NCBI GenBank assembly: GCA_965650425.1
Contig: CBFGOS010000001.1
Coordinates: 1 to 41,782, forward strand
DNA: 41,782 nucleotides
Direction of reading: 5' to 3'
Source of the DNA: an uncultured Lysobacter sp.
GTDB lineage: Bacteria > Pseudomonadota > Gammaproteobacteria > Xanthomonadales > Xanthomonadaceae
Position 1 is the stretch's first letter. Each line of letters starts with the position of its first letter. The notes beneath the pieces were generated by a model. It did no database searches. It saw only the letters and a list, made by a program, of their open reading frames with translations, and was not told the DNA's origin. The translations under genes were made by a program, and so were the position numbers. Shown piece after piece: positions 1-9,139 of this stretch.

Positions 1-228
1 CCGACGGTAGGCGGCATGGCCGATCGCGCGAAGCGGCGCGCAACGCCGGCAGGGAGGCGATTGCCTCACGTGGAATTAAAAAACACCTAGAAAAAAGCGC
101 TTTTGAAAAAACCGCAGAAGCAGCCGGTCCCGAATCAGCGCTGCGTGTGTCCGGCTCGATGGTCCCGGCAATGACCGTTGCGAGGTTGCGGGGAGGCGTC
201 GGGCCGGAAAATTTTTCTGCGCAGGTTG

Positions 229-257
229 TTGACACTATGAAAAAGCGTGATTAGGTT
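229..257 (+). promoter_or_regulatory. sigma70-type promoter (TTGACA-N17-TAGGTT)
   Basis: Perfect TTGACA at 229-234, 17-nt spacer, TAGGTT at 252-257; A-tracts upstream at ~78-111. Confidence 0.65.
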
Positions 258-263
258 TCGCCC

Positions 264-438
264 AGCAGATGCTTCCTGCAAAAACGAGTGAGCCGAACGA
301 ACGCGACAACGCGCAGTGCAAAACGAACCTCCGCCCGTGCAACCAAGACGGTGGACGCAGGATTCGTTTCCCCCGCGCAAACGCGACAGGCTCAAGAAGC
401 TCAGCCCGATTCGTCGCTGACGGATCGGGTTTTTGTTT
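264..438 (+). ncRNA. candidate small RNA or structured leader upstream of histone-like gene
   Basis: Bounded by the promoter above and an intrinsic terminator; internal stem AAACGAACCT (321-330) / AGGATTCGTTT (359-369); no credible ORF. Confidence 0.45.
404..438 (+). terminator. Rho-independent terminator
   Basis: GCCCGATTCGTC-gct-GACGGATCGGGT hairpin followed by TTTTGTTT. Confidence 0.7.
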
Positions 439-636
439 GGGGCAGCTCCCACCGGATGGCGGTGGGGAGCAACGGCAGGTCCGATTTCCTGGCGGCGCGC
501 GGTGGCAAGCGCGCAGGCCGATCGAATCCGTTTCCGCGCCCACATGGCGCGGACGGTGGGTCGCGGTTTCCATTTCCGCGGCATTGTTTAGTGCTGGGCG
601 TTACACCCCGATAGACCACTGACGAGGAGCCATACC

Positions 637-1110
637 ATGGCCGTTAAGAAAGCTGCCAAGAAGTCCGCCGCCAAGAAAGCGGTGAAGAAGGTCGCCAAGA
701 AGGCTGCCGCCAAGAAGACCGTGAAGAAGGCCGCCGCCAAGAAGGCGGTGAAGAAGGTTGCCAAGAAGGCCGCCAAGAAGACCGTGAAGAAGGCTGCGGC
801 CAAGAAGACGGTGAAGAAGGCTGCTGCCAAGAAGACGGTGAAGAAGGCCGCCAAGAAGGCCGCCAAGAAGACCGTCAAGAAGGCTGCTGCGAAGAAGACG
901 GTGAAGAAGGCCGCGAAGAAGGCTGCCGCCAAGAAGACCGTGAAGAAGGCCGCCGCCAAGAAGGCAGTGAAGAAGGCCGCCAAGAAGCCGGCTGCCAAGA
1001 AGGCCGCGAAGAAGGCCGCCAAGAAGCCGGCCGCGAAGAAGGTTGCCAAGAAGCGCGCCAAGAAGGCCGCTCCGGCTGCCATGCCGGTGACCCCGGCGCC
1101 GATGATCTAA
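637..1110 (+). CDS. histone H1-like nucleoid protein (Lys/Ala-rich, Hc2/AlgP-like)
   Basis: 157 aa made almost entirely of KKAAAKK(T/A)V repeats; GAGGAG RBS upstream; strong terminator downstream. Confidence 0.9.
   Translation: MAVKKAAKKSAAKKAVKKVAKKAAAKKTVKKAAAKKAVKKVAKKAAKKTVKKAAAKKTVKKAAAKKTVKKAAKKAAKKTVKKAAAKKTVKKAAKKAAAKKTVKKAAAKKAVKKAAKKPAAKKAAKKAAKKPAAKKVAKKRAKKAAPAAMPVTPAPMI
646..1068 (+). repeat. degenerate coding tandem repeat (GCCAAGAAG-based units)
   Basis: Recurrent gccgccaagaagaccgtgaagaag-type units with synonymous variation. Confidence 0.85.
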
Positions 1111-1147
1111 GAAAGTCCCGATACCAAGAAGCACGCGGTACCCAACG

Positions 1148-1186
1148 CTCCCTTCCCGCAGCCCAGGCGGGGAGGGAGTTTTTTTT
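1148..1186 (+). terminator. Rho-independent terminator of histone-like gene
   Basis: CTCCCTTCCCGC-N7-GCGGGGAGGGAG followed by T8. Confidence 0.9.
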
Positions 1187-1381
1187 GGGGGCGCCTCGAC
1201 AATCGTGCACACCATCGGGACGGACGGTAAGGTCAGGGATATCACGGTCGAACACGCCGATGATCAACGCTATGCCAACCATGCCGCCATTGCCCTGAAG
1301 GGCTGGACCTTCCAGCCGGCGAGCAAAGCCGGCGTGCTGGTGGAGGCGCGGCTGCGTCAAACCTTCAAGTTTGAGCAGTGA
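1187..1381 (+). pseudogene. TonB C-terminal domain fragment (remnant, or 58-aa mini-protein from GTG 1205)
   Basis: Translates GGASTIVHTIGTDGKVRDITVEHADDQRYANHAAIALKGWTFQPASKAGVLVEARLRQTFKFEQ*, matching the TonB_C pattern I..dG.V....V / A..A...W.F.PA...G..V; no N-terminal anchor. Confidence 0.6.
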
Positions 1382-1397
1382 CAGGGGCCTGACAAAC

Positions 1398-1430
1398 GAA
1401 AAAGGCGAGCCGCTCGGCTCGCCCTTTTTC
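1398..1430. terminator. bidirectional intrinsic terminator
   Basis: GAAAAAGGCGAGCCGCTCGGCTCGCCCTTTTTC: GC hairpin flanked by A and T tracts between convergent ORFs. Confidence 0.8.
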
Positions 1431-1483
1431 CTTTCAGCTTGCTGCGTGGCCCGACATCGTCGGTCATGCCCTGGGCGCAATCC

Positions 1484-2881
1484 TCAGCGGGGCGCAGCGC
1501 TTGCCTTGGTGGCGGCGGCGCCGGCCGGTGCGGTGGCTGGCAGGTCACTGCTGTCGACGTAGAGCGGCGTCTCATCGGTATCCACGTCCAGCCACCGTTG
1601 TGCTGGCAAGCCAAGCGCGCGGTCGAGGATGGTCGGCAGCAGCCCGGACGGCACCGAGCTCTCGCTGTTCCAGAGCAGCGCGACGCCAAAGTCGCGGTCC
1701 GGCAACATGGCAATCAGCCCGCGGTAACCCTGCACGGCGCCACCGTGGAACACCACGCGCTCCCCGGCGTAGTCATATACACGCCAGCCCAGCGCGTAGC
1801 TAGCCGAGTTGAGCCGCGTACGACGCCATGAAGAACCGCGGATCTCGGTCGGCGTCGACACCAGTGGCTGGTGCAACGTCGCCAGCAGCGGCGCCGGCAG
1901 CACGTCCGGCCGATAGCCGGTATGCGCGAGCAGGTACTGCGCCATGTCGCTGGCGCTTGCATTGACGCCGGCCGCGGGCGCCACCTGGTAATAGGTCGAC
2001 TTCGGGCGCACCGACACCCAGCCGCCCCGGCCCCTGACGTGCGGCTTTGCCCATCGGGCGCTCGACTGGATGCCTTCCAGGCCCAGGCTCGCGTCATTCA
2101 TCCCGAGCGGCTTGAGGATGCGACGCTGCACTTCCTGGCTGTAGAAGTCACCGGTCGCGGCGAACACGACATCACCGACCAGGCTGAAGGCGATGTTCTG
2201 GTACCCGTAGCAGGTGCCCGGCTGGCACTTGAGCGGAGCGCTGGCCAGCTTGTGGGTCAGCGTGCGGTAATCGGTATAGGCCTCGAGTTCGCGGTCGTAG
2301 GCGTTGTGCGGCAGGCCGACACGATGGCTGAGCAGGTCGGCCACGGTGATGTTCTGCGCCGCGTTGGGGTCGCTGAGGCGGAACTCGGGCAGGTACCGGA
2401 CCACCTTGCTGTCCCAGCGCAGGGCGCCTTCATTGACCAGCATCCCGGTCAGGGTGCCCGCGAAGCTCTTCGACAGTGAGGCCAAACGGAAGACGGTATG
2501 GCCATCGACCGGCTCGGCGGCCTTTACGTCGGTGATGCCATAGCCGCGAGCGCTGAGCACACGACCGTTGTGCACCACGGCCATCGCCAGGCCCGGCACG
2601 CGCTGGTTCGCCACCAGTTGCTGGGCCATGGCTTCGACCTGGCGCACGTCGAACGCGCCAGCAAGCGGCTTCAACGCCTGTCGCGCGAACGTGCTGCGGT
2701 GTTGCTGGCGCGCGATGTCGTGCTCGGACCCGTCGGCACGTGCGGCAGAGGCTGCATTGGGCTGCGACGGCCGCCAATGCATGGGCGTCTGCGCGGTCGA
2801 ACCCAGCGTCAGGGTGAGGAGGAGGGCCGATGCGCTGATGCGCAGGGTCGTCCGTGACCGCCGGGGTGCGTGTTCTTTCAT
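1484..2881 (-). CDS. serine hydrolase, beta-lactamase class C / AmpH-like family, exported
   Basis: FRLASLSK (SxxK), LLSHRVGL, YGYQN (YxN), FHGG; signal-like N-terminus; ATG 2881 preferred over TTG 2890. Confidence 0.85.
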   Translation of the reverse strand: MKEHAPRRSRTTLRISASALLLTLTLGSTAQTPMHWRPSQPNAASAARADGSEHDIARQQHRSTFARQALKPLAGAFDVRQVEAMAQQLVANQRVPGLAMAVVHNGRVLSARGYGITDVKAAEPVDGHTVFRLASLSKSFAGTLTGMLVNEGALRWDSKVVRYLPEFRLSDPNAAQNITVADLLSHRVGLPHNAYDRELEAYTDYRTLTHKLASAPLKCQPGTCYGYQNIAFSLVGDVVFAATGDFYSQEVQRRILKPLGMNDASLGLEGIQSSARWAKPHVRGRGGWVSVRPKSTYYQVAPAAGVNASASDMAQYLLAHTGYRPDVLPAPLLATLHQPLVSTPTEIRGSSWRRTRLNSASYALGWRVYDYAGERVVFHGGAVQGYRGLIAMLPDRDFGVALLWNSESSVPSGLLPTILDRALGLPAQRWLDVDTDETPLYVDSSDLPATAPAGAAATKASAAPR

Positions 2882-2951
2882 CGTTCGCAACGCCTGCGTA
2901 TGCTCAAGCTCCGGTCGATGATAGCGCCGTTCTCAAGGATGTGGGGGAGGA

Positions 2952-3548
2952 ATGATGGTCAGCTTCATGATTCTGTTGGTTTTGGTGATCGGCATCGCGC
3001 TCTGGGCAATGGGCCAGTACAACGGCCTGATCGCGGCCCGCAACGCGTTCAGGAACGCATTTGCGCAGATTGACGTGCAGTTGCAGCGCCGTTTCGAACT
3101 GATTCCCAACCTGGTGGAGACCGCCAAGGGCTATCTGACGCATGAACGGGAAACTCTGGAGGCGGTGATCGCGGCCCGTGGCGCGGCGATGGCGGGGCTC
3201 TCGGCGGCGCATGCCAGCCCCGGTGATCCGGCGGCGATGGCCCAGTTGGCCAGCAGTCAGGGCCAGCTGAATGGGGCTTTAGGGCGACTGTTGGCAGTGG
3301 CCGAGGCCTACCCGGAGCTCAAGGCCAACCAGAACATGATGCAGCTCACCGAGGAGCTGACCAGCACCGAGAACAAGGTCGCCTTTGCCCGGCAGGCGTA
3401 CAACGATGCGGTGATGGCGTACAACAACCGCCGCGAGGTGTTCCCGGCCAGCCTCATCGCCAACAATTTCCGCTTCCTGCCGGCGGCGCTGCTGGAGATT
3501 CCGGCAGAGAAGGCGCAGATGCGCGAGGCCCCGCAGGTCAGGTTCTGA
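2952..3548 (+). CDS. lemA: LemA family protein
   Basis: N-terminal TM helix, IDVQLQRRFELIPNLV, EAYPELKAN, ENKVAFARQAYN, FPASLIA. Confidence 0.92.
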   Translation: MMVSFMILLVLVIGIALWAMGQYNGLIAARNAFRNAFAQIDVQLQRRFELIPNLVETAKGYLTHERETLEAVIAARGAAMAGLSAAHASPGDPAAMAQLASSQGQLNGALGRLLAVAEAYPELKANQNMMQLTEELTSTENKVAFARQAYNDAVMAYNNRREVFPASLIANNFRFLPAALLEIPAEKAQMREAPQVRF

Positions 3549-3552
3549 GGGC

Positions 3553-5466
3553 ATGAACTTCTTTGAGCGCCAGGACCAGGCCCGGCGCATGTCGGGCCGG
3601 CTCCTGCTGCTGTTCGGCGCTGCGGTGCTGGGCATCGTCATCGCGGTAATGGCCGTGATGGCGGTGTTTCTCGGCCCGCGGCCGGGGCCGCTGTTGGCGG
3701 GCGCGATCGGAACGCTGGCGGTGATCGGCCTGGGTTCGCTGTACCGCGTCAGCAGCTTGGGCAGCGGCGGAGAAGTCATCGCGCAGGAGATGGGCGGCGT
3801 GCTGGTGCCGGAGGACACCCGGGACCCGGCGCTGCGCCGCCTGCGCAACGTGGTGGAAGAGATCGCCATCGCCTCCGGCGTGACGGTGCCCAAGGTGTTC
3901 GTGATGGAGCAGGAAGGCGCCATCAACGCCTTTGCCGCTGGCTACACATCCACCGATGCCGCCGTTGCGGTCACGCGTGGCGCGCTGGAGCGACTGAACC
4001 GGGACGAGCTGCAGGGCGTCATCGCGCATGAGTTCAGCCACATCCTCAACGGTGACATGCGGCTCAACATCCGCCTGATCGGCGTGCTGTTCGGCATCCT
4101 CATGGTGGGGCTGGTAGGCCGCAAGGTGCTGGAGCACGGACGCTTCAGTGGTGGGCGGCGCAACAGCGGTGCCGCGGCGATCCTGATTGCCGCGCTCGCG
4201 GCCATGGTGATCGGCTACGTGGGGTTGTTCTTCGCGCGCATGATCAAGGCGGGGGTCAGCCGCAGCCGTGAACGCCTGGCGGATGCGTCGGCGGTGCAGT
4301 TCACGCGCCAGACGGCGGGCTTGGCCGGTGCATTGAAGAAGATCGCCGGCCTGCACGAGGGCTCCCGATTGGCCGAGCGCGGTGACGCCGAAGAGGTGAG
4401 CCACATGCTGTTCGGCGACGGCGTGGGATTCCGTGGCTGGTTCGCCACCCATCCGCCGCTGCTGGAACGGATCCAGGCGCTGGAGCCCTCGTTTGACGAG
4501 GCCGAGCTGGCGCGCCTGTCGCACGGTTGGACCTTGCATCCGCCCCTTGGCCTGGAGGAAGACGCGCATCTGGGGCTCGTGGGGCCCCAGGGGGGGCAGG
4601 CTTTGCCGAACGCGGACGTGGAGCACACGCTCGCGCCGGGAAGGGTCGTGGACGAAGTGGCCGCCCCGCGTGCGGAGGACTTCATGTTGGCCGGCGCCAT
4701 CGTGGAAAGCCTGCCGCAGGCGGTGCACGCCCTCGCCACGCAACGCGAATCGGTGATGCCGCTGCTGGTCGGCCTGCTGCTGGACGAGGACCCGCAGGTG
4801 CGCGAGCGGCAATTGTTCGAAGTGACCGCACGGATGGGGGCGCCCGTTGGGGCAGAGGCGCGCCTGCTCCGCGAACGGCATCTGGCGACATTGCATCCGA
4901 TGCATCGGTTGCCGCTCGCCTCGATCGCCTTCCCGGTGCTGCGGCTGCGGCCGAGGCCGGAGCTCGACGTGTTCATGGATGCGATCAGCGCGCTGGTCCA
5001 CGCCGACGGCAAGGTGTCGTTGTTCGAATACTGCCTGGGGCGCCTGCTGACAGTTCAGGTGCGCGAATCGCTGGACCCATCGCGCTACGCCCGCTTCGGC
5101 CGCAGCAAGCTCGATGGCGTGCGGCGCGAGATTGCCACGCTGCTGGCGGTCGTGGCCCAGCACGGGCACGCCGACGCCGAAATGGCGCGGCATGCGTACC
5201 TTCGCGGCATGCAGCGCGTGCTGCCGGTCGATGCGCTGCCGTACCTGCCGCGCGCGCAGGGCGTGTCCGCACTGGATGACGTGTGGATGCCGCTGGATGC
5301 CCTCGACCCGCTGGCCAAGCAGTTGCTGGTCGAAGCCTTGACGGTCGCCATCAGCCACGACGGCCGCACCACCGTGGCGGAGGCGGAGTTGCTGCGCACC
5401 ATCTGCGCGATGCTGCATTGCCCGCTGCCGCCCATGTTGCAGCCGGCACCGCGTTCAGTCGCGTGA
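3553..5466 (+). CDS. M48 family (HtpX-like) zinc metallopeptidase with long C-terminal extension
   Basis: INAFAAG, ELQGVIAHEFSH (HExxH), SRERLADA, FATHPP; coupled to lemA. Confidence 0.88.
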   Translation: MNFFERQDQARRMSGRLLLLFGAAVLGIVIAVMAVMAVFLGPRPGPLLAGAIGTLAVIGLGSLYRVSSLGSGGEVIAQEMGGVLVPEDTRDPALRRLRNVVEEIAIASGVTVPKVFVMEQEGAINAFAAGYTSTDAAVAVTRGALERLNRDELQGVIAHEFSHILNGDMRLNIRLIGVLFGILMVGLVGRKVLEHGRFSGGRRNSGAAAILIAALAAMVIGYVGLFFARMIKAGVSRSRERLADASAVQFTRQTAGLAGALKKIAGLHEGSRLAERGDAEEVSHMLFGDGVGFRGWFATHPPLLERIQALEPSFDEAELARLSHGWTLHPPLGLEEDAHLGLVGPQGGQALPNADVEHTLAPGRVVDEVAAPRAEDFMLAGAIVESLPQAVHALATQRESVMPLLVGLLLDEDPQVRERQLFEVTARMGAPVGAEARLLRERHLATLHPMHRLPLASIAFPVLRLRPRPELDVFMDAISALVHADGKVSLFEYCLGRLLTVQVRESLDPSRYARFGRSKLDGVRREIATLLAVVAQHGHADAEMARHAYLRGMQRVLPVDALPYLPRAQGVSALDDVWMPLDALDPLAKQLLVEALTVAISHDGRTTVAEAELLRTICAMLHCPLPPMLQPAPRSVA

Positions 5467-5503
5467 TCCCTTGGCTGGGCGGGCACGCGCCCGCCTGCGT
5501 TGG

Positions 5504-7117
5504 TCAAGCGGCCCTGATCAGGTCGGCCGCACGCTCGGCCAGCATGATGGTGGGCGCATTGGTATTGCCGCCGATCAGGGTGGGCATCACCGAGGCATCG
5601 ACCACCCGCAGGCCTTCGACACCGCGCACGCGCAACTGCGGGTCCACCACCGATTCGCCGTCATTGCCCATCCGGCAGGTGCCAATGGGGTGGTACACGC
5701 TCTCGGCCTTCGCCCGGATGAAGGCCTCCAACGCCGCGTCGTCCAGGTCGTCGCGCGGCGGAAAAATGGGCGCCCCGCGGTAGGTATTGAAGGCCGGCTG
5801 CGCCAGCACCTCGCGCGACAGGCGGGCGCATTCCACCATCATCTTCAGGTCGAAGCCCTCGGGGTCGCCGAGGTAGTTGGGATCGATGCGCGGCTTGTCG
5901 CCCGCCCGGCCGCTGGCCAACGACAAGCGGCCACGGCTGCGCGGTCGCAGGAAGCACGCGTGCACGGTGTAGCCATCACCCTCCAGCCGATGCCGACCGT
6001 GGTCGTCCAGCATCGCCGGCACGAAGTGCATCTGGATGTCCGGCCGATCGTCGGGTGCGAAGCGTGAGCGGATGAACGCGCCCGCCTCGGCAATGTTGCT
6101 GCTGCCCGCGCCACTGTGGCCACGCAGGTAGTAATCAAAGGCGACCTTGAGGTCGCTCAGCCGGTCGTAGGTGATGCGTTGTGTGGCGTGATAGAGCGTG
6201 CAGATGTCCAGGTGGTCCTGCAGGTTTTGACCCACCTGCGGCGCATCGACGGATACGTCGATGCCGTGGCGGCGCAGGTCGGCCGCGGGGCCGATGCCTG
6301 AGAGCATCAGCAACTGGGGCGAATTGATCGCGCCACCGGACAGCAGCACTTCGCGACCGGCGGCCTGATGGAAGGCTTTGCCGCCGGCGGTGTAGGTCAC
6401 GCCATTGGCGCGTGGCGCGCTGCCGGCGCGATCGAAGGTGATGCGGTTGACCAGTGCGCCGGTCACCACCTGCAGGTTGTGTCGCGAACGGACCGGATGG
6501 AGGTAGGCCACGGCGCTGGAGCACCGCGCGCCGTTCTTCTGCGTTACCTGGTACAGCCCGAATCCTTCCTGCCGGGGACCATTGAAATCGCGGTTGTCCG
6601 GGTAGCCCGCTTGCCGACCGGCCTCGATGAAGGCATGCGACAGCGGGTTGGTGTAGCGCAGGTCCGATACGTGCAATGGCCCGTTGGTGCCATGCAACGC
6701 GTCCGCCCCGCGCTCATTGTGCTCGGCCCTGCGGAAGTAGGGCAGCACCGACGCCCAGTCCCAACCCGTGGCACCCGCGTCCGCCCATTCGTCGTAGTCG
6801 CGCGGAACGCCGCGGACATAGCACATGGCGTTGATCGAACTGGACCCGCCCAGGACCTTGCCACGGGGCCACCACAGCGCGCGGTTGTCGAGCGCCGGCA
6901 CCGGGGCGGTGTCGTAGTCCCAGTTGACGCCCTTCTTGCCCACGAGCTTGGCCAGGCCTGCCGGCATGTGGATGAAGGGGTGCCAGTCGCGAGGGCCCGC
7001 CTCCAGCAGCAGGACCTTCACGTCCGGGTCTTCGCTCAACCGGTTGGCAAGCACGCAGCCGGCCGAGCCGGCGCCAATGATGATGTAGTCGTACACACGC
7101 AGGTCCGGAGGCGTCAC
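5504..7117 (-). CDS. GMC oxidoreductase (choline dehydrogenase-like)
   Basis: GAGSAG FAD motif, RGKVLGGSSSINAM, LMLSGIG, YHPIGTCRMG, GNTNAP. Confidence 0.9.
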   Translation of the reverse strand: MTPPDLRVYDYIIIGAGSAGCVLANRLSEDPDVKVLLLEAGPRDWHPFIHMPAGLAKLVGKKGVNWDYDTAPVPALDNRALWWPRGKVLGGSSSINAMCYVRGVPRDYDEWADAGATGWDWASVLPYFRRAEHNERGADALHGTNGPLHVSDLRYTNPLSHAFIEAGRQAGYPDNRDFNGPRQEGFGLYQVTQKNGARCSSAVAYLHPVRSRHNLQVVTGALVNRITFDRAGSAPRANGVTYTAGGKAFHQAAGREVLLSGGAINSPQLLMLSGIGPAADLRRHGIDVSVDAPQVGQNLQDHLDICTLYHATQRITYDRLSDLKVAFDYYLRGHSGAGSSNIAEAGAFIRSRFAPDDRPDIQMHFVPAMLDDHGRHRLEGDGYTVHACFLRPRSRGRLSLASGRAGDKPRIDPNYLGDPEGFDLKMMVECARLSREVLAQPAFNTYRGAPIFPPRDDLDDAALEAFIRAKAESVYHPIGTCRMGNDGESVVDPQLRVRGVEGLRVVDASVMPTLIGGNTNAPTIMLAERAADLIRAA

Positions 7118-7222
7118 GCAGCGAGGCTAGGCTCGGCAGATAGAGCAAATGCTCGGTGTATCGGGGTTCCTCATGCTGCCTTGATCGGCTACCGTTGCGC
7201 CAGCCACCCCAAGGTCACGCCC

Positions 7223-8560
7223 GTGCCCCCTGCCCAACCTTCGGCTCCCGGTCGGTTCCGCGCCGCGCTCGCCGAATCGCCCCCGCTGTGGTGGTCGCTG
7301 CTCTATTTCTTCTGCCTGCTCTGCGGCTACTACGTGCTGCGGCCCGTCCGTGATGCGATGGGAGCATCCGGCAATGTCTCCGACGTGTTCCCCGCCTGGT
7401 CGGTGGCGTGGGCCGAGCGCGTGGGCTGGGACCTGGGCGGGCTGACGCTGCAGGTGCTGTTCACTGCCACCTTCGTGGCCATGGTGGTGCTGCAGCCGCT
7501 GTACGGGGCGCTGGTTTCGCGCTTTCCGCGGCGTGTGTTCCTGCCGGTGGTCTACCTGGTCTTCATTGCGTGCCTGCTGGGCTTCCACTGGATATTCAAC
7601 CAGGAGTGGAGCGGTCGCGGCGCCGCGTTCTTCGTCTGGACGGCCGTGTTCAACCTGTTCGCGGTCAGCGTGTTCTGGAGCTTCATGGCCGACGTGTTCG
7701 ACAACGCGCAGGCCAAACTGTTCTATGGCTACATCGGGGCGGGCGGCACCATTGGCGCGCTCGTGGGGCCCGTGCTCACGCGCGTGCTGGTGGAGCGCAT
7801 CGGCGTGGACAGTCTGTTGCTCATCTCGGCAGGCTTCCTGTCGGCGTGCCTGCTCTGCATCATGAAACTGCGCCCGTGGGCCCTGCGCAGCGAGCAGGCC
7901 AGGGGCGAGGCGAGTGGCGAATCCGCGATGGGCGGTTCGGTACTAGCCGGCATCCGGCTGGTCATGTCCGACCCGTTGCTGCGGGCACTGGCACTGCTGA
8001 TGTTCTTTGGCGTCGGCGTGGGCACGCTGCTTTACAACGAGCAGGCGGCCATCGCCCGGGCAAGCTTCGTGGCGGACGAGGCGCGTACCGCGTATTACGC
8101 CAACATCGATCTCGCGATCAACACGCTGACCATCACCACCCAGCTCCTGGTCACCCGCTGGTTGCTGCGCCGCTATGGCATCGCGCCTGCGCTGTTGCTG
8201 CCGGGCGCGGCGATCGTGTTTGGCTTTGCCCTGCTGGCGGCATCGCCGCTGCCCATGCTGGTGGCCGCGGTCCAGGTCCTGACGCGGTCCAGCGAGTTCT
8301 CACTCGGCAAACCAGCGCGGGAAACCATCTACACCCGGGTGGACCGCGAGTCGCGCTACAAGGCCAAGGCGGTGATCGATACCGTGGTCTATCGCGCGGG
8401 GGACCTCAGTTTCGTATGGCTGCACAAAGGGCTGGCGGCGTTTGGTTCGGCGACCGTCTTCGCGGCCGGCGTCGGCGCGGCCGCCGTGTTCCTGTTCAGC
8501 GCCTGGCGCGTGGTCCGGGAGCAACCCCCGGCCCCGGCGGAAGTGCCAGCGGCCTCCTGA
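7223..8560 (+). CDS. MFS-fold membrane transporter (TLC / nucleotide-exchanger-like)
   Basis: Many TM segments; YYVLRPVRDAMG, FWSFMADVF, YKAKAVIDTVVYR; real start probably GTG 7223 rather than 6368. Confidence 0.8.
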   Translation: MPPAQPSAPGRFRAALAESPPLWWSLLYFFCLLCGYYVLRPVRDAMGASGNVSDVFPAWSVAWAERVGWDLGGLTLQVLFTATFVAMVVLQPLYGALVSRFPRRVFLPVVYLVFIACLLGFHWIFNQEWSGRGAAFFVWTAVFNLFAVSVFWSFMADVFDNAQAKLFYGYIGAGGTIGALVGPVLTRVLVERIGVDSLLLISAGFLSACLLCIMKLRPWALRSEQARGEASGESAMGGSVLAGIRLVMSDPLLRALALLMFFGVGVGTLLYNEQAAIARASFVADEARTAYYANIDLAINTLTITTQLLVTRWLLRRYGIAPALLLPGAAIVFGFALLAASPLPMLVAAVQVLTRSSEFSLGKPARETIYTRVDRESRYKAKAVIDTVVYRAGDLSFVWLHKGLAAFGSATVFAAGVGAAAVFLFSAWRVVREQPPAPAEVPAAS

Positions 8561-8564
8561 GGGG

Positions 8565-9053
8565 TCAACCGTTCCGCGTGTCGCTGCGCGGCGGACGCGG
8601 CGATACCCACATCGCGATGCGGGCGCGAAACACTGTGTCGCCGTCGTCGTTGCGTACCTCCACCGTCACGGGTGCCTCAAAGCCGGTTTCCGCTTCTCCC
8701 AGCGGACATTCGGGCGTGGCCACCGCATGCATCGTCCCGGTCGCCTTCATCAGGTACTCCACGGCCATGCCCTTGGGGATCCAGCGCATGGCGGGTGGCA
8801 GCGTGGCATCGGTCATCACACCGGCTGCCAACTCGGCCAGATTGCACAAGGCGATGGCATGTACGGTGCCCAGGTGATTGTGCACGCGACGACGATCGCG
8901 CATGCGGACCTCGCAGCGTCCCGGCTCCAATGCAACGAATCGCGGTGCGATCGTGCCGAAGTACGGGGCCTTGAGGCACACGGCGCGCGAGAACAGCCAA
9001 TGGCCACCGGGCCAGCGGACAAGGCGTCGATACGTCGCCAGCAGTGGCGTCAT
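8565..9053 (-). CDS. hotdog-fold thioesterase-like protein (PaaI/DUF4442-like)
   Basis: APYFGTI, HNHLGTVHAIALCNLAE, WIPKGM; directly downstream of fadE. Confidence 0.8.
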   Translation of the reverse strand: MTPLLATYRRLVRWPGGHWLFSRAVCLKAPYFGTIAPRFVALEPGRCEVRMRDRRRVHNHLGTVHAIALCNLAELAAGVMTDATLPPAMRWIPKGMAVEYLMKATGTMHAVATPECPLGEAETGFEAPVTVEVRNDDGDTVFRARIAMWVSPRPPRSDTRNG

Positions 9054-9139
9054 GTTGGAGGTTCTCGCGACAAAGTGGATTGACCCACGCAACAACGGCG
9101 GGACGCGGCCCGCCGTTGCTGGTCCTGCATGCCGGGGCT

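Noticed and set aside
1-17. Possible minus-strand gene start (ATG at 17) running off the left edge
   Set aside because: Too little sequence to support a call
269-622. 117-aa and 108-aa plus-strand ORFs
   Set aside because: No recognisable motifs or RBS, and both cross an intrinsic terminator
646-1068. Repeat array as possible CRISPR
   Set aside because: In-frame coding repeats with no unique spacers and no cas genes
588-1245. Hydrophobic antisense ORFs (588-1082, 601-1245) resembling membrane proteins
   Set aside because: Reverse-complement shadows of the AAG/GCC repeats of the histone-like gene
1484-2881. Beta-lactam resistance gene
   Set aside because: Motifs fit the broad serine-hydrolase/PBP family; no mobile context or AmpR-type regulator nearby
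6368-7222. N-terminal extension of the 730-aa ORF
   Set aside because: Mostly antisense to the GMC oxidoreductase; transporter-like sequence starts only near 7223
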